DNA of 53,854 nt, from the IMG/VR virus record IMGVR_UViG_3300025941_000004; one strand, written 5' to 3'. The notes under the pieces were generated by a model. The model made no database searches. It had not been told where the DNA came from and saw only the letters and a list, made by a program, of their open reading frames with translations. Both the position numbers and the translations under genes were made by a program. Positions 16,772 to 24,470 of the stretch are shown piece after piece. Positions within the stretch are counted from its first letter, which is position 1. Each line of letters starts with the position of its first letter. The DNA comes from a virus.

Positions 16772-17128
16772 ATGACTATGAACACAACGATCACTGCTCG
16801 TGTTGCCGCCGACGTGCGCTCGTCTCTCGAGACAGCTGCACGTCTGAAGGGCTGGACTCTGTCCAAGTACGTGGACCACGTACTCACCACACATGTGGTG
16901 GACCTTGGGATGTTGAGTCCGGCCAGCATTGGTCCGGTCCGTCACAACGCTTTGCCTGACTCGAAGTATGTGCGAGCTCAGGTACTCGCTGATCTTCAGC
17001 GAGAGTATGAGGCTTTCATCGAGCGAGGCGTTGATCCTCGTCAAGCGAGGGCCAACACCGAAGCGATGGTAGCCATGTATGCATCGAGAGGCGTGTCTAT
17101 CTCATTCGATGATCTAGGTGTGGAGTAA
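16772..17128 (+). CDS. Ribbon-helix-helix (Arc/MetJ/CopG-type) DNA-binding protein (118 aa)
   Basis: N-terminus MTMNTTITARVAADVRSSLETAARLKGWTLSKYVDHVL fits the strand-helix-helix pattern. The track start at 16655 was rejected because that extension translates the repeat array. Confidence 0.55.
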   Translation: MTMNTTITARVAADVRSSLETAARLKGWTLSKYVDHVLTTHVVDLGMLSPASIGPVRHNALPDSKYVRAQVLADLQREYEAFIERGVDPRQARANTEAMVAMYASRGVSISFDDLGVE

Positions 17129-17136
17129 CACCACTT

Positions 17137-17262
17137 GCACACGTGTGTGCTGTCGCTATGCGTAGCGCCGGCTCATGCGTGAGCCGTGGTTATGCGTAAC
17201 CACAGGATACGTATTTCCTTTTTGGTTTGGGGGTAAAGGGATTGAGATATCTAACGATATCT
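17137..17262. promoter_or_regulatory. Intergenic repeat cluster: palindrome CACACGTGTG, three ATGCGT(A/G) copies at an exact 17-bp period, and inverted repeat AGATATC-TAAC-GATATCT
   Basis: CACACGTGTG at 17137-17146. ATGCGTA at 17158, ATGCGTG at 17175, ATGCGTA at 17192. Inverted repeat at 17245-17262. Confidence 0.6.
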
Positions 17263-17285
17263 TGAGAGAGAGATTGGGAGATCTC

Positions 17286-17675
17286 ATGTTGGAAGCTTTG
17301 GGTTTCATGGCATTGGCGACTGTGATCGCCGTGCTCGCACTGTTCGTGATCGCGCTGAAGCGTGATCTCAACGAGTGCGAACTGGGCAATGTCCAGCTCC
17401 TGTCCGACGTTGCGATGAGCAACGCCCGCAACAGGGAGTGGGAGCGTGACATGCTCGGCACTGTCCATGCTCTTGAGCAGGCAGAAGCCGAGGCTGCTGT
17501 ATGGCATGAGCGTTCCGATGCGTTGGCAACTGCCAACCTCGAACTGGTTGAGTCCGTGACCAACCTCGAGACCAGCGTCGGTACGTTGCACGCTGAGCTG
17601 GTGAAGCATGAGCTTGCTCGTGCTGCCAGCGCAGCCAGGCGCAGCGGTGACCCGCGGAAGCGGGTCAAGGCGTGA
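17286..17675 (+). CDS. Membrane-anchored coiled-coil protein (129 aa)
   Basis: GGGAG 5 nt upstream of ATG 17286. TMD ALGFMALATVIAVLALFVIAL, then a heptad-like helical region. Confidence 0.6.
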   Translation: MLEALGFMALATVIAVLALFVIALKRDLNECELGNVQLLSDVAMSNARNREWERDMLGTVHALEQAEAEAAVWHERSDALATANLELVESVTNLETSVGTLHAELVKHELARAASAARRSGDPRKRVKA

Positions 17676-17905
17676 CCAAGCAGGCGGCACGGATCCATGC
17701 CACGTTCGTGGCTGGGTTCGTGCTGCTCTGCTGCCTGATTGTTGGCGTACTGCTGGTGATGTCGGGAAAGGACAGCAACAGCCAGTCGCCGGCGATCCAC
17801 CCTGGATCCTCGTTGCGTCAGCCGTACGGCGGATGCGATGAGGCGTGGCGGTACCCGCATTCCCGTGGGTATCGAGACTGTCAAGCGTTGGGACTGGTTC
17901 CATGA
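17672..17905 (+). CDS. Small membrane protein with Cys-containing C-terminal domain (77 aa)
   Basis: GTGA overlap with the upstream stop. TMD FVAGFVLLCCLIVGVLLVM. Confidence 0.55.
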   Translation: MTKQAARIHATFVAGFVLLCCLIVGVLLVMSGKDSNSQSPAIHPGSSLRQPYGGCDEAWRYPHSRGYRDCQALGLVP

Positions 17906-18153
17906 CGGAGCAACTGCGTGACCAGCTGGGGTCCGAGGCCCTGGCTGTGGCTGAACTCCTGCGGCGTGGCATCAGCATCGGTGACGATGCGATGCCACAG
18001 TCGCACGGATGCACCCTGTGCATCTGGCATCTGCGTAGTGATGGCCACGATCTCGACGGTGGTTCGGCGAACTCCTTGCTGAGCAACCTCGAGTCTGGCT
18101 ACTACGGTCAGGACCCGCAGGGTCTGACGCTTCATCCCCTCGGGGATCAGTAG
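17902..18153 (+). CDS. Hypothetical protein (83 aa)
   Basis: ATGA overlap with the upstream gene. In-frame part of track ORF 17845..18153. Confidence 0.5.
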   Translation: MTEQLRDQLGSEALAVAELLRRGISIGDDAMPQSHGCTLCIWHLRSDGHDLDGGSANSLLSNLESGYYGQDPQGLTLHPLGDQ

Positions 18154-18232
18154 AACTGTCCAGCCATCTGAGTGCTGGGCCGCATGCCGATAGACCGTGA
18201 CCGGGTCGGTATGTGTAGCGAGTCACGGGATC

Positions 18233-18276
18233 AGCGACAGCCTGTGTCCTCCGGGGGGTGGACACAGGCTGTCGCT
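18233..18276 (+). terminator. 17-bp perfect stem-loop without U-tract (I-shaped terminator or processing site)
   Basis: AGCGACAGCCTGTGTCC-(10 nt)-GGACACAGGCTGTCGCT in the 167-nt gap between two genes. Confidence 0.4.
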
Positions 18277-18320
18277 CAGTCACGAGCGGACCAGCCGCTC
18301 ACCTACATCGGAGGTAACCG

Positions 18321-18566
18321 ATGGCGTACCACCCGTTCACTGACTACGACCAGTCTCCGTTCACGGAGGCTGAGCTCGTACGTCATGCTCGGTTGCTCAA
18401 CCACATCACTGCCAGCCATGACGCTTTCGCGCATGCTGCAGTGGTGAGGCTGGAGCATGCGAACGGCCGAGCATCCTCGGCCCAGGTTCGCAGCGCCGAG
18501 CGCCATGCTCGGGCCCACAAGGATCGTCTCCTTGTGGACCTGGGCTTCGGTCGGTACGGGGACTAG
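18321..18566 (+). CDS. Hypothetical protein (81 aa)
   Basis: GGAGG 6 nt upstream of the ATG. Track ORF. Confidence 0.6.
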   Translation: MAYHPFTDYDQSPFTEAELVRHARLLNHITASHDAFAHAAVVRLEHANGRASSAQVRSAERHARAHKDRLLVDLGFGRYGD

Positions 18567-18606
18567 CGTCCTCTGGCAGTCACCGTGAGGTGGCTGCCCC
18601 ACGATC

Positions 18607-18650
18607 AGCAGGCCGAGCCCAAGGGGAAGGGCTCGGCCTGCTTGTTCTGT
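18607..18650 (+). terminator. 14-bp perfect stem-loop followed by TTGTTCTGT
   Basis: AGCAGGCCGAGCCC-AAGGGGAA-GGGCTCGGCCTGCT. Confidence 0.55.
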
Positions 18651-18693
18651 CGTACCTCTGCGGCAGGATGACGTTGCAACGGAAGGAGTGGCT

Positions 18694-18975
18694 ATGCCAC
18701 CGAAGAAGAAGGCGGACGAGACCGCCGCGGACAAGCCCAAGCGCACGCGCGTGGTGCTGTCCCCGGCGGAGAAGATCGCCAAGCTGGAGGCTGACCTCGA
18801 GGCTGCGCGTACGTCGCAGCACGAGGCGGAGCAGAAGCAGATCGACAAGCTCCTCGAGCGTCGCTCGAAGCTGACCGATCGCATCGCGGAGCTGGACGTG
18901 AAGGTTTCCGACCTGAACGAGCAGCTTCAGCTCCTCGGCTACGACGAGCCGACGCCCGAGACCGAAGAGGTCTGA
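18694..18975 (+). CDS. Basic N-terminus / coiled-coil protein (93 aa)
   Basis: GGAAGGAG 5 nt upstream of ATG 18694 (the track uses GTG 18688). Translation MPPKKKADETAADKPKRTR..., then a helical repeat. Confidence 0.6.
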   Translation: MPPKKKADETAADKPKRTRVVLSPAEKIAKLEADLEAARTSQHEAEQKQIDKLLERRSKLTDRIAELDVKVSDLNEQLQLLGYDEPTPETEEV

Positions 18976-18976
18976 G

Positions 18977-19828
18977 GTGTCGACGCCGTCGGCTGTCATT
19001 GCCGACGTGCGTCAGCTGCTGGCCGGCGAGCCCGTGTTCCTTGCGGGCTCGCTGGTGGCAGCCGATGTGTACGGCATGGGCAATGCGTTCACCGATGTCG
19101 ACCTGTTCTGCCCGACTGGCAACGTTCTCGTTGCTACCGGGCAGCGACTGCTCGACAACGGATACAGCTTCGTCGATCGGTTCGATCGTGTGTGGGCGAG
19201 GTGGCTGCGCTACGGGTTCAAGACGTGGCACACCAACTCGTTGAAGCTGATGTCACCTACGGGTGTCGAGCACAACCTGGTGTACAAGCTGACCGATGGG
19301 CACCCGACCACCAGCCTTGGGCAGGTGATCGAGTCGTTCGACTTCGGTCTGCTGGGTGTGGGCTGGGATCTGGAGACAGACACGTTCCGTGACATGCGGA
19401 GCTACCTGTTCCCGGACATCTGGGCTGCATCGCAGCAAGCATCCCGGTCGATGCTGCCGTTCAAGGCGAGCGCGCAGGCTCGGATGCCTGCCGCGCAGAT
19501 AGCTCTGCCGATGATGCCCTCGAAGAGGGCGAACTGGCGGGCTGGTTTCATCAGCCAGTACAACGGGTTGCGTGAGGTCGGACGCTATGCCAAGTACCAC
19601 GGGTATGGCTACGACCTGAGCCTGGTCAAGGCTGACCTGGTCGAGGGTTACTGGGGGGCGAGCAGCTACTTCACCACGCACTTCGATGCGGAGAAGCAGA
19701 TGCTTGGCAAGATCTACGAGGCGATTGCCCTGCACATCGAGGGTGACAACATCTCCGAGTTGGTCCAGGCGAGCAAGACCATCGACTACAAGGACAGCCT
19801 CGACTCGATCATGGAGGCGTTGGAATGA
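18977..19828 (+). CDS. Pol-beta-superfamily nucleotidyltransferase-fold protein (283 aa)
   Basis: FLAGSLVAADVYGMGNAFTDVDLF matches G-S-(x15)-D-x-D of minimal nucleotidyltransferases. GTG start after GAAGAGG. Confidence 0.55.
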   Translation: MSTPSAVIADVRQLLAGEPVFLAGSLVAADVYGMGNAFTDVDLFCPTGNVLVATGQRLLDNGYSFVDRFDRVWARWLRYGFKTWHTNSLKLMSPTGVEHNLVYKLTDGHPTTSLGQVIESFDFGLLGVGWDLETDTFRDMRSYLFPDIWAASQQASRSMLPFKASAQARMPAAQIALPMMPSKRANWRAGFISQYNGLREVGRYAKYHGYGYDLSLVKADLVEGYWGASSYFTTHFDAEKQMLGKIYEAIALHIEGDNISELVQASKTIDYKDSLDSIMEALE

Positions 19829-19929
19829 GAGCCGCAACCAAGAGTGTGCAGCTCGTGTTCGGTCTGCTCATCGTGTCGGCCATGATCCTGTGGGTCGTGG
19901 CTATGGCACAGATGGCAGGCCGAGCATGA
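19825..19929 (+). CDS. 34-aa single-TMD miniprotein (below the ORF-track threshold)
   Basis: ATGA overlaps at both ends. Translation MRAATKSVQLVFGLLIVSAMILWVVAMAQMAGRA. Confidence 0.4.
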   Translation: MRAATKSVQLVFGLLIVSAMILWVVAMAQMAGRA

Positions 19930-20084
19930 TGGTGTCACTGATCGTGGACGTGGACACGGAGAACACCGAGGCTGATGTGGCTGAGCTCTGCTCGAGGATC
20001 GAGCAGCAGCCCACCATCGAGGTGACCACGCATCAGGGGATCACGTTCGACGTGACGATCCTGAGCAGCGAGAGGATGGACTGA
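19926..20084 (+). CDS. Hypothetical acidic protein (52 aa)
   Basis: ATGA-coupled start. Translation MMVSLIVDVDTENTEADVAELCSRIEQQ... Confidence 0.45.
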   Translation: MMVSLIVDVDTENTEADVAELCSRIEQQPTIEVTTHQGITFDVTILSSERMD

Positions 20085-20275
20085 TGTTCTGTCCTGAGTG
20101 TCGCCGCATGTGGCAGGGCACCTGCCCTACGCATGGGCGAGTTGTGTCGGTGGTCGACGATAGCCTGGACCTGATGGTTCAGGCAGCGTCGGCCCCCAAC
20201 CTGGCCAGCCTGTTCAAGGCAGCCAAGGCCAGCGGTGCCATCACCGCTGGCAAGGAGTACGGCGAAGGATCCTGA
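20084..20275 (+). CDS. Small zinc-ribbon-like protein (63 aa)
   Basis: MFCPECRRMWQGTCPTHG (CxxC...CxxH). Start overlaps the upstream stop. Confidence 0.5.
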   Translation: MFCPECRRMWQGTCPTHGRVVSVVDDSLDLMVQAASAPNLASLFKAAKASGAITAGKEYGEGS

Positions 20276-20303
20276 GCCGTCGTTCACGAAGGGAACAAGC
20301 GCA

Positions 20304-20780
20304 ATGGGTTTCACCACGCAGAACCTGGTCAACGACCGGGTGCTGGTGCAGGGCACGGACGTGTTCGGTACCAGCGGTAAGACCGTGCTCAACGCGGAGC
20401 AGTGGAACGAGCTCGGCCAGCGGAAGGACTTCAGCCAGGCTGAGGCCGACTTCCAGGTGGCCGTCGACGCGTTCTTCGCGCCGCTGACCGAGGCCGCGGA
20501 CGCGGTCAAGGCGAAGATGGAGAAGCCGACGGACTCGATCGGCTACCTCGTCTTCGAGGAGGCGGTCGAGGGTGTGCCGGCCAAGCCGGGCACGCTCATC
20601 AAGCTGACGCACGACAGCGTGCTGCTGCGTCTGCTCGAGTCGGGTGACACGGACCGTCTGGTCTGGGTCGACGAGTCCCTCGAGGTTCTCGAGGTGGCCG
20701 TGCCGGTGCAGGCGTCGGGTCAGCCGTCGGCTGCCGAGGTCGGCGCCGAGATCACGGGCATCGAGCTCGACGAGGTCTGA
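20304..20780 (+). CDS. Hypothetical acidic protein (158 aa)
   Basis: In-frame ATG 20304 after GAAGGGAA. GC3-rich. Confidence 0.6.
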   Translation: MGFTTQNLVNDRVLVQGTDVFGTSGKTVLNAEQWNELGQRKDFSQAEADFQVAVDAFFAPLTEAADAVKAKMEKPTDSIGYLVFEEAVEGVPAKPGTLIKLTHDSVLLRLLESGDTDRLVWVDESLEVLEVAVPVQASGQPSAAEVGAEITGIELDEV

Positions 20781-20788
20781 GACAGACC

Positions 20789-20821
20789 CGAGGGCGGCAG
20801 GTGTGCAGCCTGCCGCCCTCG
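20789..20821 (+). terminator. 13-bp perfect stem-loop
   Basis: CGAGGGCGGCAGG-TGTGCAG-CCTGCCGCCCTCG, 9 nt after the stop codon. Confidence 0.5.
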
Positions 20822-20857
20822 TTCAGTCGCTCCACCAGCGAACGGAGATGATGGTAC

Positions 20858-21829
20858 ATGAGCGTGTTCGATCTTGAGTCAGTGCTCAAGCTGTACGTCA
20901 TGGCTATGGCCGGTGACGTGCGGAGCCCGATGCCCCATGCGTTCGGGCCTCCTGGTTGTGGCAAGTCCACGATCATGGAGATGGCCGCAGCACAGATCGG
21001 TTGTCAGCTGCACATCGTCAACGTCAGTCGGATCAGTCCGCTGGAGTTGGAGGGTGTGATGATGCCGGTCGACGAGAACACCAGGCTGAGCCTGTTGCAC
21101 TCGACGCTGTGGACCAACCTCAAAGAGGGAGACATCGTCTTCTTCGATGAGCTGCTTCGGGGTTTCCCCGAGGTGTACAACGGTCTGCTCGACATCTTCA
21201 CGTCGAGGCAGGTGGCAGGGTTGACCCTGCCGAAGGTGTTCTTGATCGGCGCGTCCAACAGCATCGTGTCCTACGACAAGGCGTTGGAGGACAGGCTGTT
21301 GCACCTGCCGGTCCCTGATCCGCGGAAGCTGAAGCGTGAGAAGCGGAAGCTGGCGCAGATCATGGTCGACCAGCTCGGGCTGCTGCCCGAGATGCGGGAC
21401 TCGTTGGAGATGCAGTCTCTGCTGGACAGCGAGGTGCTGCCCATGTTCGAGATCCTCGACTCGTTGAAGAACAAGTCGTCGTCTCCTGCTGTGCTGAAGG
21501 GCAGCAGTGTCCGCAACCTGATCGGTCAGGCTCAGCTTCGTGAGGTGCAGTCAGCTGCGCTGGCGGAGCTGCTGGCCATGAACAACACTCGGGCCATGCA
21601 AGTGGGCAAGATCCAGTATGTCTTCCTGACTACTGGCAAGAAGGTCGATCCTGCGTACGGAGCGAAGGCGTTGAAGCTGGTTGGCAACAGCCGGCTGACG
21701 CCTGTGCAAGCGCAGAACCTGGACCTCAACCTTCAGCTCTTGGAGCTGGAGAAGATTCGATTCGAGAAGGAAGGAACTGACGACGATGACGACAACGAAC
21801 CAGAGTTCGCCGACGATCTCCCGTTCTGA
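20858..21829 (+). CDS. MoxR-like AAA+ ATPase (323 aa)
   Basis: Walker A GPPGCGKST. Walker B and following helix IVFFDELLRGFPEVYNGLLDIF. Acidic tail DDDDDNEPEFADDLPF. Confidence 0.75.
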   Translation: MSVFDLESVLKLYVMAMAGDVRSPMPHAFGPPGCGKSTIMEMAAAQIGCQLHIVNVSRISPLELEGVMMPVDENTRLSLLHSTLWTNLKEGDIVFFDELLRGFPEVYNGLLDIFTSRQVAGLTLPKVFLIGASNSIVSYDKALEDRLLHLPVPDPRKLKREKRKLAQIMVDQLGLLPEMRDSLEMQSLLDSEVLPMFEILDSLKNKSSSPAVLKGSSVRNLIGQAQLREVQSAALAELLAMNNTRAMQVGKIQYVFLTTGKKVDPAYGAKALKLVGNSRLTPVQAQNLDLNLQLLELEKIRFEKEGTDDDDDNEPEFADDLPF

Positions 21830-22865
21830 TCTGAAGGCCAGCCTCGATCTCTTCGAGATCAAGCCGGGCGTGAAGTTCAGCAAGCAGGTTCTGATGGACC
21901 TGCTGCCTGACGTGGAGACGGTGCTGTTCTTCGCCAAGGTGTACACGCTGGACTACGTCCAGCTCAGCGACCTGATCTACCAGGTCGTGCGTACGCCATT
22001 GGTCGAGGCGCTGATGTCGGGTGACCACAGCACCGAACTGCAGGGCTACCTGCTGGACGGGTTCAGCATGCACGAGGGCCACTGCCCTGTCGCACAGTGG
22101 GGCGAGGACGAGGAGTGCTTGTGCTCTCCGGCCTGGTACCCAGGTGTCCTGCTCAACACACCGGAGGCCGGCGCGGTGACCTTCGACCCGGAGGTGCCGA
22201 AGGGTGAGATCCTGCCCGAGGTCTGGAAGGACCTCGAGGTGGAGATCGCGAAGGCGATCAAGGACGTGGCTGCGAAGCTGGAGTCCGTGGTCTCGAAGCT
22301 GCCCGGTAAGCAGGGCAGCCTGGTGTTCAGGTCGATGATGACGCTGAACCGCAACCGGCCCACCATCGGTGACCACAAGGCAGTGGTTCACCACGATCCC
22401 ATCAAGGAGAACTTGGTGGTGTTCGATGTGTCGGGTTCGATGTCGGAGCCGACGGTGCGTGCCATCGTCGAGGACGTGGTGGCCATGTCGTACATGGCCA
22501 ACGCCCACTTCGCCATCGTGTCCGATGGCGTGACGTACTGGGAGCCGGGCACGTACAGCGTGGACGACATCCTCGGTGCTGCCACCTACGGTGGTACGCA
22601 CTACGAGCAGCTGGCTCCGGTGTTCACCCGTGACTGGGGCACGGTGATCTGCGTGGCTGACTACGACAGCAGCCCTGCTGCCGAGAAGAAGCTGCGTCAG
22701 GCGTGCGGTGGTCACCACATCGACACTGTCCTGGACATCAGCCTGGTGAACAGGCCGACGTACCTGTCGGAGTGCATCGGGTGGATGGCCAGCGAGGTGC
22801 GTCCGCTGCTGGTCGGTCAGTCGGTGTACGTCGTGGGCTCGTACTACGACGAGCACTACTCGTGA
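21786..22865 (+). CDS. von Willebrand factor A (vWA) domain protein (359 aa)
   Basis: MIDAS-type motif VVFDVSGSMSEP (DxSxS) in the C-terminal half. 44-nt overlap with the AAA+ gene. Confidence 0.65.
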   Translation: MTTTNQSSPTISRSDLKASLDLFEIKPGVKFSKQVLMDLLPDVETVLFFAKVYTLDYVQLSDLIYQVVRTPLVEALMSGDHSTELQGYLLDGFSMHEGHCPVAQWGEDEECLCSPAWYPGVLLNTPEAGAVTFDPEVPKGEILPEVWKDLEVEIAKAIKDVAAKLESVVSKLPGKQGSLVFRSMMTLNRNRPTIGDHKAVVHHDPIKENLVVFDVSGSMSEPTVRAIVEDVVAMSYMANAHFAIVSDGVTYWEPGTYSVDDILGAATYGGTHYEQLAPVFTRDWGTVICVADYDSSPAAEKKLRQACGGHHIDTVLDISLVNRPTYLSECIGWMASEVRPLLVGQSVYVVGSYYDEHYS

Positions 22866-22869
22866 GACT

Positions 22870-22908
22870 CCGGCGTCCCTGCCTGCTATCAACAGGCAGG
22901 GGCGCCGG
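22870..22908 (+). terminator. 16-bp stem-loop (one G-U pair)
   Basis: CCGGCGTCCCTGCCTG-CTATCAA-CAGGCAGGGGCGCCGG, 5 nt after the stop. Confidence 0.45.
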
Positions 22909-23000
22909 CCACAGTTCAAGCCGCTGGATCAGCGAAGAAATTTTTCGCGCGTGTGGCGGTACGCAACACACATCATCCAACTCAACGAGAGGGGTGGCAC

Positions 23001-23678
23001 ATGGCCACCGGTAAGAACCCGAAGACCGTCACTGTGTACGGTCGCTTGTCGTTCCCGAACTTCGACTACCAGAGGGCAGTCGTGAGGAACGGTACGTCGC
23101 AGTACCCGAAGGACGCCGCCGATGTGGCGCCGGACTTCAACCTGCTGCTCGAGCAGGCACAGCTGGACAAGTTCGTGACTCACATCAAGGACCTGTTCCT
23201 GCCGTACTGCTTGGAGCAGAGCACCAAGGGTGAGAAGCGTGACGCTCTCACTGCAGCGGAGATCAAGCGGATCCTGAAGATCGTGGACGACAGCGACTGG
23301 GGATCCCAGCCGCCGTACATCCCGATCAAGGAGATCGGTGACAAGACGTTGGCCCTCGCACCTGAGTGCGTGGTCAACGTCAAGGTCAACGGCAACAAGG
23401 GTACGGACATCGAGCTCAAGGCCATCGTGAACAACGAGGACGAGCTGCTCGTGCCGGACCCGGACCTGCTGCAGTACCCCGTCATCAAGCCCATCGGGCA
23501 GACGGTGCATCAGATGTACGGGGGCTGCTACGTGGCAGCGACGCTCAACCTGTACGCCTTCATCAGCGGCAAGCTGCCGGGCTTCAGTGCCTCGGCCAGC
23601 GTGGCGGTGTTCAAGGCTGACGGCGACCGCTTCGGCGGCGGCGTCGCTGTCGACGAGGACGAGATCTTCGTCGACTGA
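23001..23678 (+). CDS. T7 gp2.5-like single-stranded DNA-binding protein (225 aa)
   Basis: N-terminal KTVTVYGRLSFPNF strand and acidic/aromatic C-terminal tail VDEDEIFVD. Sits in a nuclease-polymerase module. Confidence 0.6.
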   Translation: MATGKNPKTVTVYGRLSFPNFDYQRAVVRNGTSQYPKDAADVAPDFNLLLEQAQLDKFVTHIKDLFLPYCLEQSTKGEKRDALTAAEIKRILKIVDDSDWGSQPPYIPIKEIGDKTLALAPECVVNVKVNGNKGTDIELKAIVNNEDELLVPDPDLLQYPVIKPIGQTVHQMYGGCYVAATLNLYAFISGKLPGFSASASVAVFKADGDRFGGGVAVDEDEIFVD

Positions 23679-23681
23679 TCC

Positions 23682-23721
23682 AGTGTGGCCCAGCCTGTGA
23701 TGGTTCGGGCTGGGCCACACT
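23682..23721 (+). terminator. 14-bp perfect stem-loop
   Basis: AGTGTGGCCCAGCC-(12 nt)-GGCTGGGCCACACT. Confidence 0.45.
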
Positions 23722-23745
23722 CCCATGTTACGAACGGAGAGAGTG

Positions 23746-24459
23746 ATGGTGGAACGCTTCAGTGCCAGCGTGGCTGGCAGGCAGATGGTGTGTCACGCAT
23801 CTGCCAACTTGGAACTGGCGATCCCAGGATGGGAGCCGCCGGTCGATGACCGTACGGCAGACACCGCTGCCAACAGGGGCAGCGACATGCACGAGCTGTT
23901 CGCCAAGATCATGGAGCTGCCGAACGCTGACATGCAGATGATGGCGAAGGCCATCGCCTATGTGGCAGAGCTGCGGGGTAACCGCAGGTTCAAGGTGTTG
24001 GTGGAACAGAGCATCAAGGCCACCTGGTTGGCCGGCGCACCGGACACGACAGTGGACCTGGTGCTGTACACGCAGGACGAGATCCATGTGCTCGACCTGA
24101 AGACAGGTCGGATCCGTGTGGATGTGGTGGGCAACGAGCAGCTGATGTACTACGCAGCCTGCTTCGCACCTCTTGCGCCGAAGGCCAAGGGTGTGACCAT
24201 CCACATCGTGCAGCCGTGGGCTGACAACATGGACTGGGCGTGGGTCAGTACCACCGAGCTCGGCCAGTTCATGGACGAGGCTCGTGCTGCTGAGGCAGCG
24301 ATCATCGCTGGCGACGTGACCTTCGGTCCGTCGGACCACTGCATGTTCTGCCCTGCCAACCCGCATGCGCGTGGGTTGAAGGGCACGCCGTGCTGTCCGG
24401 TGATGCTGCAGATTCTGTATCCGTTCCGAGTGGACGAGGATGAGATCCTCGGCCTGTGA
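23746..24459 (+). CDS. PD-(D/E)xK exonuclease with Cas4-like Cys cluster (237 aa)
   Basis: DLVLY...IHVLDLKTG (D...D/E-x-K). One N-terminal Cys plus C-terminal CMFCPANPHARGLKGTPCC. GGAGAGAG upstream of ATG 23746 (the track start 23725 lies against the hairpin). Confidence 0.65.
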   Translation: MVERFSASVAGRQMVCHASANLELAIPGWEPPVDDRTADTAANRGSDMHELFAKIMELPNADMQMMAKAIAYVAELRGNRRFKVLVEQSIKATWLAGAPDTTVDLVLYTQDEIHVLDLKTGRIRVDVVGNEQLMYYAACFAPLAPKAKGVTIHIVQPWADNMDWAWVSTTELGQFMDEARAAEAAIIAGDVTFGPSDHCMFCPANPHARGLKGTPCCPVMLQILYPFRVDEDEILGL

Positions 24460-24470
24460 AGGAGGCCAGC

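Noticed and set aside
16420-17044. Minus-strand ORFs 16420..16674 (84 aa) and 16595..17044 (149 aa)
   Set aside because: They run through the repeat array and antisense to the RHH gene. Their composition is Cys/His/Arg-rich and non-protein-like, and they have no RBS.
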